Notes under the pieces: generated by a model
Told to the model about the DNA's origin: nothing
The model's database searches: none
The model's input: only the letters and a program-made list of their open reading frames with translations
Source: Octopus bimaculoides
Lineage: Eukaryota
Reading direction: 5' to 3'
Length of the DNA: 64,000 nucleotides
Assembly (NCBI RefSeq): GCF_001194135.2
Contig: NC_069003.1
Span: 19,934,049-19,998,048, forward strand
Program-made: the position numbers and the translations under genes
Part shown: in pieces, positions 51,041-64,000 of the stretch
How the letters are laid out: every line of letters begins with the position of its first letter
Numbering within the stretch: position 1 is the stretch's first letter

Positions 51041-52669
51041 AGCTAAGAGTTTGATAAGCGCCATGAACAAAATTCTTGGCCCTTGTGTCATTTCATAACT
51101 TCTGCTGATTAAAATTTAAAAAAAAAAATATTAGGGTGAATACTAATACTTAATTCTTAAATTAGTTCACTATTGAAGAAGCAAGATGTCATCACTGGTT
51201 CCTAACTGATCCCTCCACCAAAATGTTGATTTAGTTCTTTTAAAATTAATTTTAGCAACAGAAAAATCCCATAATTGATTACTGCTGTTTATGCATCCTT
51301 GCATAGAAATCTCTGAGAAACAGGTTATAGAAAAAAATTTGAAACAAAAAAAAAAAGCATTTATTGAGATTTATCCATCAATAAAATATCAACGATTATG
51401 TTGATTTTTTTTTTAACACCATATTGTCTAAAAATTTTAACAATCTTTTTCTTTTTCATTCTGCCACTGTAGAAATACAATTAATTGTGTAAATTGATTA
51501 AAGGCACAAAAGTATCTAATATCAGTTAATGGATGAAGTTATTAATGTAGGGGAGAGGCATATATTGTTCCAAAAACAATATTCAAAAGTTCTGGAATCA
51601 TAGTTACTCTGACTAGTAGTAACTTGATAAAAGATTCTTTCTTTTGAAACAATTATGTAGTAGAAGTGCCAGGGTAGCCATTTAAAAAAAATAAAGCACT
51701 TTGTACAGTACCTTGAGCAGGTGTCTTCTATAGCCCTGGCCAAACCCTTGAGTAAATTTGGCAGATGGAAACTGAACGAAGCCTGTTGTGTATGTATACC
51801 CATGTTTTGATATAATAGTTGTAAATGAGCATCACTGTAATGCTGTTTCCAATATCAAAAACATGTCTGGCCATGAGAAAATATGACCTTACTTGGAAAT
51901 AGATGGTCAACAGCATGAAGAGCACCTAGCTGCTTCAACAAATTCCATCTGACCCATGACAGCATGGAAAAGTGAATGTTAAAATAATGACACACATGCA
52001 GTTAAATTCACTTTTGTAATAATCTATTAATAGTATCATATACTACAATCTGGATACGAGTATTATATGCCACAACAAGAACACTTTTCATTTTATATTC
52101 CAATAGTATCTTATAAAGAGCCAAAAAGTTTAGTTATATATATATATCTACAACTTGAACACTGCTGATGGGCCAAACAAGAACACATTTTACTTTGCAA
52201 TGCAGATTTCTTCAAATATTTAATCTCCTTAGCACTCTTGGTGATACCATCCAATACTATAACAAAACAAGGCTAGTAAACAAGCTGTAGTTAAGCTTTA
52301 ATTGCCTGGTAGATATAAAGTCAAGTAGCTGACCACATTTATCTATCTTTGGGAAACAAAAAATAAAATTTAGTGTCAGAAAACAGAGCAAATGTCTCCA
52401 TTTTCTAGTGACCTCAAATGAATCTCTTCACAAAAAAATAAAAAATAGAAGAGAAAGTGAAATCTCTTCCCTTGGCAAAAAGAAAGTCTTATACACTGCA
52501 ACAACTACTGAACAATATTACAGTTTTAACATCCTTTTCTATGCTTACATGGATCAAAAAGAATTTGTTGGGGTAGATTTCTTATGATCAGACACATTTT
52601 GATGGAAGACTGGAAATGAAGTACACTGCTTGTAAGACACTCGTTTACAACTATTACATGATGTCAAGA

Positions 52670-52717
<48 letters not shown>

Positions 52718-52838
52718 TATTGTGTGTGTATGTATGTGCATATATGTTCACAAATCATTCATTTATAGACAAAGAGACAGATAAAAATTATGTAGATTTT
52801 CAAGAGAATGTGAAATAAGTTTTTTTTTTAAAGTATAT

Positions 52839-52981
52839 CTCAAAAAACAAATAAATCTATAAACAATAGCATGAAAATATTGGGTTGAAAAACCTTTTTG
52901 GATAGAAAGGTTCTATCCTCAAGGGTTTTCCAACCCAATATTTACATGGTATTGCTTATAGATTTATGTGTATTCTTTGAG
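52839..52981. mobile_element. Palindromic MITE-like hairpin with ~70-bp arms and a 3-nt loop
   Basis: ...aatattgggttgaaaaacctttttggatagaa-agg-ttctatcctcaagggttttccaacccaatatt... Confidence 0.85.
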
Positions 52982-55564
52982 CTATCATATATATATATGA
53001 TGGGATTCTTTCAGTTTCTGTCTACCAAATTCATTCACAAGGCTTTGCTCAGTTTGAGGCTATAGTAAAAGACATTTACCCAAGATACTGCACAGGTGAG
53101 AGTGATCTTCTTAACCAGACATCTATCCATGCTCACTGGTACAGATAAATGAAATACACTACCCATTTATTGAGCACAAGTTGACCTCAGAGAGGAGAAG
53201 AAGAGAAGGGGGATGGTAATTAGTTTGCAATAATCAGTTCAATTCATCTTAGGAACAAAACTTAGTTTCAAAATAAATATTTGAGATTGAGAATAAATTC
53301 ACCAAATAACCTGAGAATGCTTCTCATTTTAGCACCTGATATACATCCATGCAACGACAAAACAACAATTAAATCATTTGGGCTTTTTAATTAAGTTGAT
53401 GTTTTCTTTAGTTAAAATTCCTTTGGCAGTATTTTAGGCTTGTTTTGGTTATAGTCTCACTTGGTTTGCTTGGATCGATAGTTTATTTTTAACTACAACA
53501 GTAACTTCAGTAGTTTTTTTTAACAAAATATTTTGAATATTTCTTTTGTTTGTGGTTTTCTTTTTTTTTTTTTTATTAGATGTCTTATGCATTGTTGTAT
53601 TGTTGCATATTGATTAAAAAAAAAACTCAAAAATAAAAGTTTATAAACTTGTAGGGAAAAAATTCTTGCTTTAATCTTCATAAGAGCTTATGCATTAGAC
53701 AAGCAGCACAATGTGAATGTGTCAGTCAGAGCAGATTAGATTTTATAGAACAAGGTAAAAAACAATTTTTAAAAAAATGAAAATTAAATCTATACTCTCA
53801 TCACCCCTCAGTCCCCTCAGTACATGTCCACCTAGTCAATCTCAGGATAGCAGCAGCAAATAGAAAGCTTGTTTTCTGCAAGAGACATTTGCTGCTATGA
53901 TGGAAAGGGTCATCACACACACACATGGACAAATCATTCATTCTTTACAACCAATTATAAGGTTCATTATAATAGTGGTTTGTGTTTTTGTTCATTTTTT
54001 TTTTTTTCATTTTTATTAAACCTGTTTTTCTTTCTTTAAAGACATGACTGAACATTAAAGATCTCTCAGAAACTCCTGCGGAGACAAGTGTAAAATCAAT
54101 ACTCTCAAATAGACATGGCTTGATTGGGAGGTTAAAATGGGGAAGGAGTGGAGAAAAAATTTCAAACATTAAAAAAAAAAAATTAAATTTATTTTGAAAG
54201 CTGATGATAATGAAAATTCTGAGATGCAAATATAACTTATATTTTATGTCATACATTAATCAAGTTTTGTTATTAGATAGATAGGTATTAAATATATCTA
54301 TCTAATAATTTTGTCTAATAACATCAGCAATATTTTATTTAGTAATAATGAGCAATGACCTACATAAAATATTTTCATATGATCATCGTTTGAAGGGTGG
54401 TAAACCAGCAAGAGTTAGAGCATCAGACAAAATGTCCCAAGTTCAAATCCAGCCAATGTCAACTTTGCTTTTTATCCTTCTGGGATCAAGAAAGTACTCG
54501 TTGAGGATGAAAGACAGACAGAATTGTTAAAGCAACATATGTGATGTATTTGTTCTGGCTTTTTATGTTCTTCAGTTTAAATCCCACTATAGCATGAGTG
54601 ATAAATAGTAGATTTTATGTGCCACCCAGTTTAACACCACCATCCAATCCTTTGGTGCTTTTAGTGGAGCCCACTCTGATGCAAGTAGTTGAGCCAGGTC
54701 TCCAGTTTGAGGTTCCCTTTCTCTCTAAACTACTGCCCTTCTCTCCTGAGAAAAATCTGACTAAACCCCTGCCCTTCCCTCCTGACTAAAAAAAAAATCT
54801 AAGCACAAGCCCTCACCCATGGATTATTACTGTTTATTATCAGTTTTAGTAAATTGAGAAATATAACTTTCTTGCTTTTCACCTTTCAGTCACTAGTATT
54901 AGATAAGAAACAGTATCCTATTGATTAAATTATTGAGTCTCTATGTGGTTTTTCAGTCTGCTAGAAATAGTCAACAAGCAGTCAGATCTCCCTCATATTA
55001 CATCCTATAGTGTTTTTCTGCAGGGTAAGAGCAGGGCAAAAGAACAGGTTGAGTTAGCATTCACATAGTTGACCATCCGACAGTATTTGAAACAAAGAAA
55101 CATGAAGGTCACTGTAAAAGACATTAGTAACAATGTTGACCTTGCATGTGATCACTTTCACTTCACTATATAAGCAGATGGTCAACGCTGACATGACTTT
55201 TGGGTCATGTTTGGTCAAGTGAGAGTCTCTATGGACATGCATGTCCTCATGATCCCAACAAAGCAATCCCAAAGTTGTATCAGTTGTGAGTACTAAGAGA
55301 AAAGCTATATGACAGTAAAGATCAATTAAGGGCTTCCTGCCCTTAATTGACTTTTATTGGAATAACTGAGAACTTTAAAAACAAAACTCAACAGCTGGCT
55401 GCAGAGACTGCTACTATTTCTAGAGCACCACCCAATACTGCTCCAAAAACATCAAAGGACACCACCTCATCCTATTCCCAGGATCTGAGCAGAAGAGCAT
55501 GGGACCCATTCATCTGGTCATACCAACAGCACCAATATTTGTTTCAGCTCTTTACATGCTAAAA

Positions 55565-56130
55565 TATAATATTGGCAAGGTCATCTTTGCTTTCATTCTC
55601 CAGACATTGATAAAATAAAGTACCAGTCAAGTACTGAGATTAATAGCATTGACTTACCCACTTCCCCACAAAATTGCAGGCCTTGTGCCAAAATTTGAAT
55701 TACTATTATTAAAAGCAATGAGCTGGCAGAATCATTAGCATATCAGACAAAATGTTTAGCAGCATTTCTTCCAGCTTTACATTCTGAGACCAAATACCAC
55801 TGAGGTCAACTTTGCTATTCATCCTTTCAAGGGATTAAATAAGTACCAGTTGAGCACTGGAGTCTATGTAATCAATTAACACCTTCCCCAACATTTCAGG
55901 CCTTGTGCCTGTAGTAGAAGGGATTATAACTATCATTATTATTGATAATGATAATAATAATAATAATAATTGACCTTAGTGGGATGTGAATTTATGTTCC
56001 ATGCTCAAATCTCACCTTTGCCTTTTATTCTTCTAGGAGTCAATAAAATGTAGTAGCAATCAAACATGGGATCAATATAATTGATTATAATCCTCATCAT
56101 CCCCACCCAAAAATTCCTTTTTGACTACGT
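55565..56130 (+). mobile_element. Tandem SINE-B copies
   Basis: gagctggcagaatcattagc...gaggtcaactttgc...aagtaccag...ggccttgtgcc, followed by ATT/AAT runs. Confidence 0.75.
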
Positions 56131-56249
56131 TAGAAATTACTAATATTAAAAAAAATTAAAAAGACATCAATATATCCATATGATTTTGTTCTAAAACATT
56201 GTTCGATATTTCTCTAAAATGAGCAAAACTTGTAGCAAATTACATTATA

Positions 56250-56273
56250 GCTCTCACAAATATATATATATTA

Positions 56274-56328
<55 letters not shown>

Positions 56329-56457
56329 CATACACATGCATACATACGCATACACACACATGCATCTATATATATATATATATAAATACATGTATACATA
56401 CGCACACATGCATCTATATATATATACACATGCATACATATGCATACACACACATGC

Positions 56458-56500
<43 letters not shown>

Positions 56501-56588
56501 AACATACATATATACAAGCATACACACACATAGACATACACACATATATACACACACACACATATTTGTGTGTGTGTGTGTGTGTGTG

Positions 56589-56633
<45 letters not shown>

Positions 56634-56720
56634 CACACACAGAAATATACATACACACACACATATATTTATACACATACAGAAATACACACACAGATAC
56701 ATTCAGAGATATACATACAT
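56250..56720. repeat. Compound (TA)/(CA)/(TG) microsatellite with repeated catacgcatacacacacatgcatctatata units
   Basis: Seen directly; it accounts for the many IYIY/HTHT ORFs. Confidence 0.95.
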
Positions 56721-57619
56721 ATCTCATTGGATATGATTTTATCTTTTGGTTTATACTTGTTAAGTCTCGTTTATTACAATATTGGAACATCCACAAACCG
56801 ATCGCTCAGCTGAACCAATTCCACAAAGACATAGAGAATAAAAATCTTCAATATTTATTGATTTTGTTTATTTTATAAAACCAGTGAATAAAAAGATTCC
56901 ACAAGACAAAATTCTAGAAAATTGGAAAATATCTACTGTTTGTTTGAAACTCACTCACTCCTCTCTCATATATATACACACATATACATATATACGTGCA
57001 TATGCATACATATACACACACATATATGTACCATTTCAAGTTTGTATCATTTCTAGAATCGTTTCAAGTGTGTACCAAATATGTTCCAATATAATGTTTT
57101 AGAGAAAGAGATAGAATCTTTCCAAGGGAAAAACTGTAAAATATGATTTCATTAGCCAACTGCATTTTAAAATTCCATACAAAATAAAATCTAAAAACAT
57201 TGGCAAAAGTATAGGGACAAGCTAGAGAGCATGTCAAATACCAAATTAAACTGAAGTACAAGTCAAAGGAAGAATATATTGCAAAGAACCAAGCTTCAAC
57301 AACCAGAGAATGGCCAGATTGAAAACTGAGACATGCTATGAGCTAACAAGGGAGAGTCAATATGTGGTAGATTGACAAGCTAGAAATAGCAGCCAACTCT
57401 CTGAAATCACACCTTGCTGTTTTAAAATTAATAGGAAAGGGTACATTAGATTTTGTAATCTTAGATTTTCTATGTCTAAAAAATAAAAAGGGTTTGTAGG
57501 AGTAAACAGCCAAAGATATGTTTGAAATTAATCAATATGATACTTCAAGTTTTTCCAACAGTAAAGAAAACAAAAATTACTTAAAATCATTCTGGGCATT
57601 CCATTCATTCATATTGATG

Positions 57620-59545
57620 GCCCACCCTGGCATAGGTTGGACGGTTTGACCAGTGCTAGTAAGTTAGAAGGCTGCACTAGACTCCAGTCTAATTTGGCAT
57701 GGTTTTCTATGGATGGATACCCTTCCTAATGCCAACCACTCTGAGAGTGTAATGGATGCATTTATGTGCTACTGGTACATGTGCCATTTGTGTGGCACCG
57801 GTATCTGCCACAACTGTGATTTTCTTCAGCTTGATGGGTCTTCTCAAGCATGACATAATGCCAAAAGTCTTGGTCATTGCCTCTGTGAGGCCCAACACTT
57901 GAAAGGAACTCAGCCACTCTGCTTCCGTGAGACCCAAGGAATTCAACCATTCTGCCTCCGTGAGACCCAAGGAATTCAACCATTCTGCCTCCGTGAGGCC
58001 CAAAGAACTCAGCTACTATGCTTCCGTGAGACCCAAGGAATTCAACCATTCTGCCTCCGTGAGACCCAAGGAATTCAACCATTCTGCCTCCGTGAGGCCC
58101 AAGGAACTCAGCCACTATGCCTCCGTGAGGCCCAAGGAACTCAGCCACTCTGCCTCCGTGAGGCCCAAGGAACTCAGCCACTCTGCCTCCATGAGGCCCA
58201 ATGCTCAAAAGGAACTCAGCTGCTTTGCTTCTGTGAAGCCCAACGCATGAAAGGAACTCAGCTAGTTTTGCCTCCGTGAGGCCCAATGCTCCAATGGTGC
58301 TCTTTATGTGTCACCAGCATGGGTACCAGTTACATGACTATGATTTCACGTGGCTTAACAGGTCTTCTCAGGCACAACATATCGCCAAAGGTCTTGGTCA
58401 CCAGTCGTTGCCTCTGTGAGACTCAAAGTTCGAAGTTCACCACTTCATCCCATGTCTCCACTGGTTCTACCTATACCACAAGTTCTCTCCACAGTCAGAG
58501 ATCAGCACTTCTTTACACAGCTGTCCTCATCCATACACATCACATAACCATACCAGCACAGTCATCTCTCTTGGACACTACATCTGATGCCTCTTATGCC
58601 TAACTTTTCTCTCAAGATGCTTACATTCTGTTGAACATGCACACTGATATTGCACATCCAGCAAAACATACTGGCTTCATTTCTTTCAAGCCTATGCATG
58701 TCCTCAGCTGTAACATCCCATGTTTCACTGCCATGTAGCATAGCTGTTTGCACACAGGCATCATACACTCTGCCTTTCATCCTGAGAGAGAGGCCCTTTG
58801 TTGCCAGCACAGATAGGAGCTCTCTGAACTTTGTCCAGCCTAATCTTATTCTGACAGCTATGCTCTCAGAGCACCCCCCCCACCTCCACTACTAATTTGG
58901 TCACCTAGATAATGGAAGCTATCAACTATCTCTAGCATGTCCTCCTGGCAGTTGATGGAGTCTATTTTCTGCACATTTTCAGCTTTAATTGTACCTGTGC
59001 ATCTTCTACATACAAAAACTAGTTTCCCTGTTAACCTTCCTTTGATATTGCTGCACCTTTTATGTGTCCAAAGCTTACACAAGGTACATCTTATGGAGTT
59101 TCTACCTATGCCTTTTCTACAGATCAAGCAGGGCCATCTACCTGAAGGGATTTGTGATTTATCTGCCTTCCTACTTTCTAAGACTTTGGTTTTTGCTAGA
59201 TTAACTCTAAGGTCCTTAGATTCTAAACCTTGCTTCCACACCTGAAACTCCTCATGTTCTGGTAGTGACTCAGCTATTAAAGCAAGGTCATCAGCATAGA
59301 GGAACTCCCAGGGGCAGCCTGTCTTGAATTCCTCTGTTATTGCCTAGAGGACTATGACGAAGAAGAGGGGGATGAGCACCAATCCTTGGTGAATCCCTAC
59401 TTGCACCCTGAATTCTTTGCTGTACTCATTGCCAACCTTTACCCTACTGGTAGCATTCCTGTACATGACTTGTACAGCTCTCACCAATCTATACCTAGTT
59501 TCCACATTGACCACCAGATAAGGGATTGGGGGACCCTGTCAAAGG
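57620..59545 (-). mobile_element. 5'-truncated RTE LINE (~1.9 kb) with an internal minisatellite expansion
   Basis: Encodes WKQGLESKDLRVNLAKTKVL and LATKGLSLRMKGRVYDACVQTAML; catcagcatagag corresponds to LYAD. Confidence 0.92.
57878..58286. repeat. 33/42-bp minisatellite with a 99-bp higher-order repeat
   Basis: Eight 33-bp units start at 57920+33n and are flanked by units of 42, 42 and 43 bp. Confidence 0.95.
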
Positions 59546-59859
59546 AACCCACAATATTATGATCATGAGCCCAAAACTAACCACCAGGTCACAGCCTTTA
59601 CTTTTGGGCATTACAAAGCATTAATTTAAGTTTAAACCTTGAAAATGAGGGAATATTATAAGACTTAATGACTGAAATAAAAATATATTGGGCTAATGAC
59701 CACATCATCTAAAGCCAAAAGGTTGCCTCACCCCTGAAAATCTAAATTGACCTTGACAGGGTATGAACCCTGAGTACAGTGAGTTAGAAAAGTACTGTGA
59801 GACATTCCGTCCAACACTCTAATGTCTCTGACAATTCACTGTCTGAGAATCTTTTATCT

Positions 59860-60045
59860 TTTACTTGTTGAAACAAAAAAGATTCTCAATCATTGGACTG
59901 CAGCCATTTGTTTAGTTCAACAAATCAACCCCAATACTTTAAGCCTGGTACTTTTTCTATCAGTCTCTTTTACTCAACCATTAAGTTACAGGGACATAAA
60001 CAAACCAATACTGGTTGTCAAGAAGTGATGTGGGACAAACGCACA
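59860..60045 (-). mobile_element. SINE-A 3' half
   Basis: ttggactgcagccat...aatcaaccccaatactttaagcctggtac...ttgtcaag. Confidence 0.7.
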
Positions 60046-60064
60046 AATATACATATGTACATAT

Positions 60065-60690
60065 ATATATCTACCACATATGTGGAAAATCGGTGTGTGA
60101 TTGTTTGTGGTATTGTTAGCTAACTCCTCCTACATCATTTTAGTGATTTTGATGAAACTTGACACGTGAGTAGAACTCGTGTCTGGAAACCTCATGACAT
60201 ACTTACATTGTTGAAAAAAATCAATAATACTTTGAAGGGACCTTTATATCTACCTCATATAGCTAATTTTTTGTTAAACACCCAAGGGAAATAACCCATA
60301 GCACCTGTTCAATATTTTTTTTAAACACACAAGGGAAATATACCATTTCATTGTTTATGCTCGATTACTTTGAATATTGATTTTTTTTTGTGTGACCTAT
60401 TTCTAATTTTTGCAGACACTATCACTTTTATTTGACACATGAGTGGAACTCATGTCTGGAAACCTCGTGACATACTTAGATTATTGAAAAAAATCGATAA
60501 TAGGGCCCTTCCAATGGATCCTTCTATCTACTACATATTATAAATATTTTATTTAAACAACCCAAGGGAAATAACCCATACCACCTGCAGATTTTAGCAA
60601 AGCGATCAATATTTGATTCTCACGATCAGCCAACCTAATTCTGCATTTCACTACGCACAGTTTTGAACTGCTAAACATTATTATTGCACT
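60065..60690 (+). mobile_element. Helitron/Helentron-like non-autonomous element with a 273-bp-period internal duplication
   Basis: Contains the core gattttgatgaaacttg; tgacac.tgagt.gaactc.tgtctggaaacctc occurs at 60160 and 60433. Confidence 0.45.
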
Positions 60691-61023
60691 TCCTTAATTT
60701 GAATCTTAAACATTAAAGGCTTCATTCATACATTTCTATACATACATACTTTTTTGAATGCCCATTACTCNNNNNNNNNNNNNNNNNNNNNNNNNNNNNN
60801 NNNNNNNNNNNNNNNNNNNNNNNNNNNNNNNNNNNNNNNNNNNNNNNNNNNNNNNNNNNNNNNNNNNNNNNNNNNNNNNNNNNNNNNNNNNNNNNNNNNN
60901 NNNNNNNNNNNNNNNNNNNNNNNNNNNNNNNNNNNNNNNNNNNNNNNNNNNNNNNNNNNNNNNNNNNNNNNNNNNNNNNNNNNNNNNNNNNNNNNNNNNN
61001 NNNNNNNNNNNNNNNNNNNNNNN

Positions 61024-61057
<34 letters not shown>

Positions 61058-62559
61058 GGCTTCTTTCAATTTCTGTCTGCCAGATCCACTCACAAGGCTT
61101 TGGTTGGCTTGAGGCCATAGCAGATGCCTGCCTAAAAAACTATGCAACTTGAACTATGAAGTTGGAAAGCAAAATTCTTACCACACAGCCACATAAATTG
61201 CAGCATCTACTGCACACACAGCAGATTCTCATTACTCCAGCTGAATGAATTGGTAATAATATTTATGGAGAAATATAACTTCTTAAAAGTCAGAAACAAA
61301 AAAAGGGAACAACAGTGTCATTAACAAACAAGAAATTTGTGATTTTAAGAGAATGCTAGCAGACACGACACATCTGAAAAATCAGGAAGCAGAAATCATA
61401 GAGCAACAACAACAGCTGTTTGAGATGACATTTAAATACATCAACGAAGCTAGACTGTCAAAGTTCAACCACAACAGCTTTATAGTAGTATCTTTAGTTT
61501 ATTAAGAAAATAGCCTAGTTATTACGTCTATTATTGGAAAATAATGTTAAGTTAGCGTCGCTGAGATTTGAGAAGGAGAGTTGTATTTTTTTCTTTCTTT
61601 ATTTCTCAGTTTAAAAATAAATACCTCTCATGTCTCATGAATGTGTGATAGGTCCCAGAGCATTCCATTAAAAACAAAAATACAGGTATCTGAATGCTCC
61701 AGTGTCTCCAGGACTGCAATGTTCAATATGTCCACTGGACTACCCAATATGTCTATAAAATACATTGGACAATACAGCCATAGAGACACCGTTTATAATT
61801 TTTTTTTTTTTTAAATGTGATAGTCATGGCTAGAAAGCCTTTCATAAGTCTGATCAGTGATGTGTGACTACGAGCTAAACAACAACAATCTTCACATTTT
61901 TTTTTTTTCATCCTCAGGTTGGACCAAATCAAGCAAGCTTATGATTGAAGACATTCCAGTTGTGACCATCTCACTTTTTTAAGAGTATCAAGAAGTACAT
62001 TTTCGAATGTGTCCTTTTTTTCTTTGGTTTGTTTAAAGATGGGTTCCAGAGCCTTTTTCCAGTTTTACAATTCACAGCATAAACTTACATTTGTATGCCT
62101 TAAGCTTTGAGACAAGTATATGACTAGCAGCTGGATTGAGAAAAAGAACTCCTACAATGCAGGACCCCAACTGATGGATAGAGGAAGAGCTACAGCCTCT
62201 AGATATAGGGGTTAGCAGTGAATATGGAAATAAGTTGTCCTGTACTAACCTCAAGCTATCCTTTTGGCAAGACATACCACCTAACAATCACTCTGTCTAG
62301 AGTTACAAGTAAAGCCATAGGAAGCAGTATGGTAGATGCACAATCTCAGTGGAAGAGTATTCATAGTTAAATGCCAGTACTCACACAATGCTAGAGAGAC
62401 AAGACTCTGTGAGGCTGATGGCCAGAAACCATGATCACCAAATTCCTCAAGTACATTACTGCCAATACCTATAAATCTCAGCAACTATAAACATTATTAA
62501 CTAATGAACGATTTTCTTTTTAATCCAAGCAAGTTCAACCATATGATGAAGGTGTGATT

Positions 62560-63270
62560 TGAGGGAGAACTGGTTGCTATCTCTAATGAATTGAACAACT
62601 CTTTAGAGGGTCTTTCAATGAAGCAGTATTCTTATCCTGTATTTAAGGAATATTCCATACATTGTCTAGTGTGTCATTTATGCTTTTATTTTCAAGGTAG
62701 GGTGCAATTTGAGGGACATTTGGCAGCTATTTCTAGCAGGTCATGCAAATTAATTAGAGACCACCTCTCAGAACAAGCCATAAGTCAACACCTCAGAACA
62801 AGCCATAAGCCTTGTACTCTGGTCAGGGTTCAGAAAGTATACATAACAGGAAGGACAGCCAAAGCATGATTGTATATTTGGTTTTTCGTCCAATTGATAT
62901 GAATTCAATGAAGAGGAAGCCAGAAAGTAAAAAGAAAATATTCTTCATTTTCAAGAATACACTCAATTCTTTTTCACTTTATTCATATTTTCCTTCTCCT
63001 CCTGATTTCTATAACAGTCATATTAAAAGCAGGTACATGGTACATTACAAGCCAACAAAGGAGTTGTCTCTACATGGTTGCTTAACCTGCAAGGAATAGC
63101 AACCAAATCTTACTCAAAGCACATCACCCTGTTGTCTTAAATAAGGAAGGGACACATCAGACAATATAATCTTAAACATAACCTGAAAAAAGATGGGATG
63201 GTCATAGCTGGAATGCCTTTGATTCATTGATCTACTTGATTCAGATTGACCTGGGGCTAAACAACAACAA
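62560..63270. mobile_element. Inverted family-D copies (minus 62560-62760, plus 63075-63270)
   Basis: gcagctatttctagcaggtca on the minus strand; gacctggggctaaacaacaacaa tail at 63248-63270. Confidence 0.6.
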
Positions 63271-64000
63271 ATGATTGATTATCAGATACCATCAAAATTT
63301 CAAATTATGTGGACTGATTCTCAATATATGACACTGAAAAGTTGTTGAAGTGGTGGTTGTTGTAAGAGTCTATCTTATTTTCAGTTAGTCAAGCTCATCA
63401 ACATGGAATAACCTCAAGCCATAAAACAAATCAGAAAGCTCTATCGTCATTAGATAGGATTTGGGGAATGTCAGATGTAATTAAAGATACAACATTGGAC
63501 AGTTGTTAGTTGTTCAATGGGCTCTGGTTTGGACAAATAACTTCATTTCTAGAGAGAAGCAAGGGAAAGGGGAAACTGAGAAAGGGAGGGAGAGAGAGAG
63601 AGAGTTCTAAGAAGAAGAAAATTAAATCTTACGTGTATTGTTTCGAAACAAATGAGGTCATCACAGTATTGAAAGATCTGTAGCAAATTGCTTAAAGCTT
63701 AAAATCATAATAATAATAAATATATAATTACATAAATAAATAACTGAAAGTACTTTACAAATTAAATAAAAACATGATCAAAGTCAAAAGACAAACACAG
63801 AAATCAAATCTTTAAAATTATCGCTATGCTAAAAAAAAAACAAAAAAAAATTATTTTAAAAAAAATGTAGCCTATCTAAATTAATCTGAAACATATGTTT
63901 TGGTTCATTTCACAAGATTCCTTACAGTGTTTTCACTTTTTTTTATATTTTATAAAGTTTTTAATACATTTTACAAGTTATTTTTTTTTTCTTTCATTTA

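Noticed and set aside
56219-56878. Many long ORFs rich in IY/HT/CV dipeptides (also near 5500, 25700, 39000 and 60750)
   Set aside because: They are translations of dinucleotide microsatellites and N gaps.
57878-58286. CRISPR-like appearance of the regular 33-bp repeats
   Set aside because: The units are contiguous with no unique spacers, in a eukaryotic LINE context.

Overview
AT-rich, repeat-dense eukaryotic genomic DNA with microsatellite-flanked N gaps. The SINE/RTE repertoire looks like an octopus (coleoid cephalopod) genome, which is an inference from recognising the repeats. One host coding exon is well supported: a 508-nt minus-strand exon (17174-17681) encoding an L27 domain plus the first half of PDZ1 of an MPDZ/PATJ-type multi-PDZ polarity scaffold. 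I could not find the neighbouring exons, so most of the window is probably two very long introns (at least 17 kb downstream, up to 46 kb upstream). These contain many tRNA-derived SINEs (working labels A and B), an unclassified short repeat (D), several decayed RTE LINEs, an R4/Dong-clade LINE fragment in a TAA microsatellite, a decayed mariner, TTAA-flanked MITEs, Helentron/Helitron-like elements and at least six foldback structures. I found no convincing new multi-gene system. The best leads are: a perfect 53-bp-arm palindrome; a doubly open ~320-bp insert captured inside a SINE; a 264/265-identical local duplication with snap-back-like junctions; and copy-specific minisatellite expansion at RTE 3' ends. 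Repeat boundaries are approximate unless junctions are quoted.
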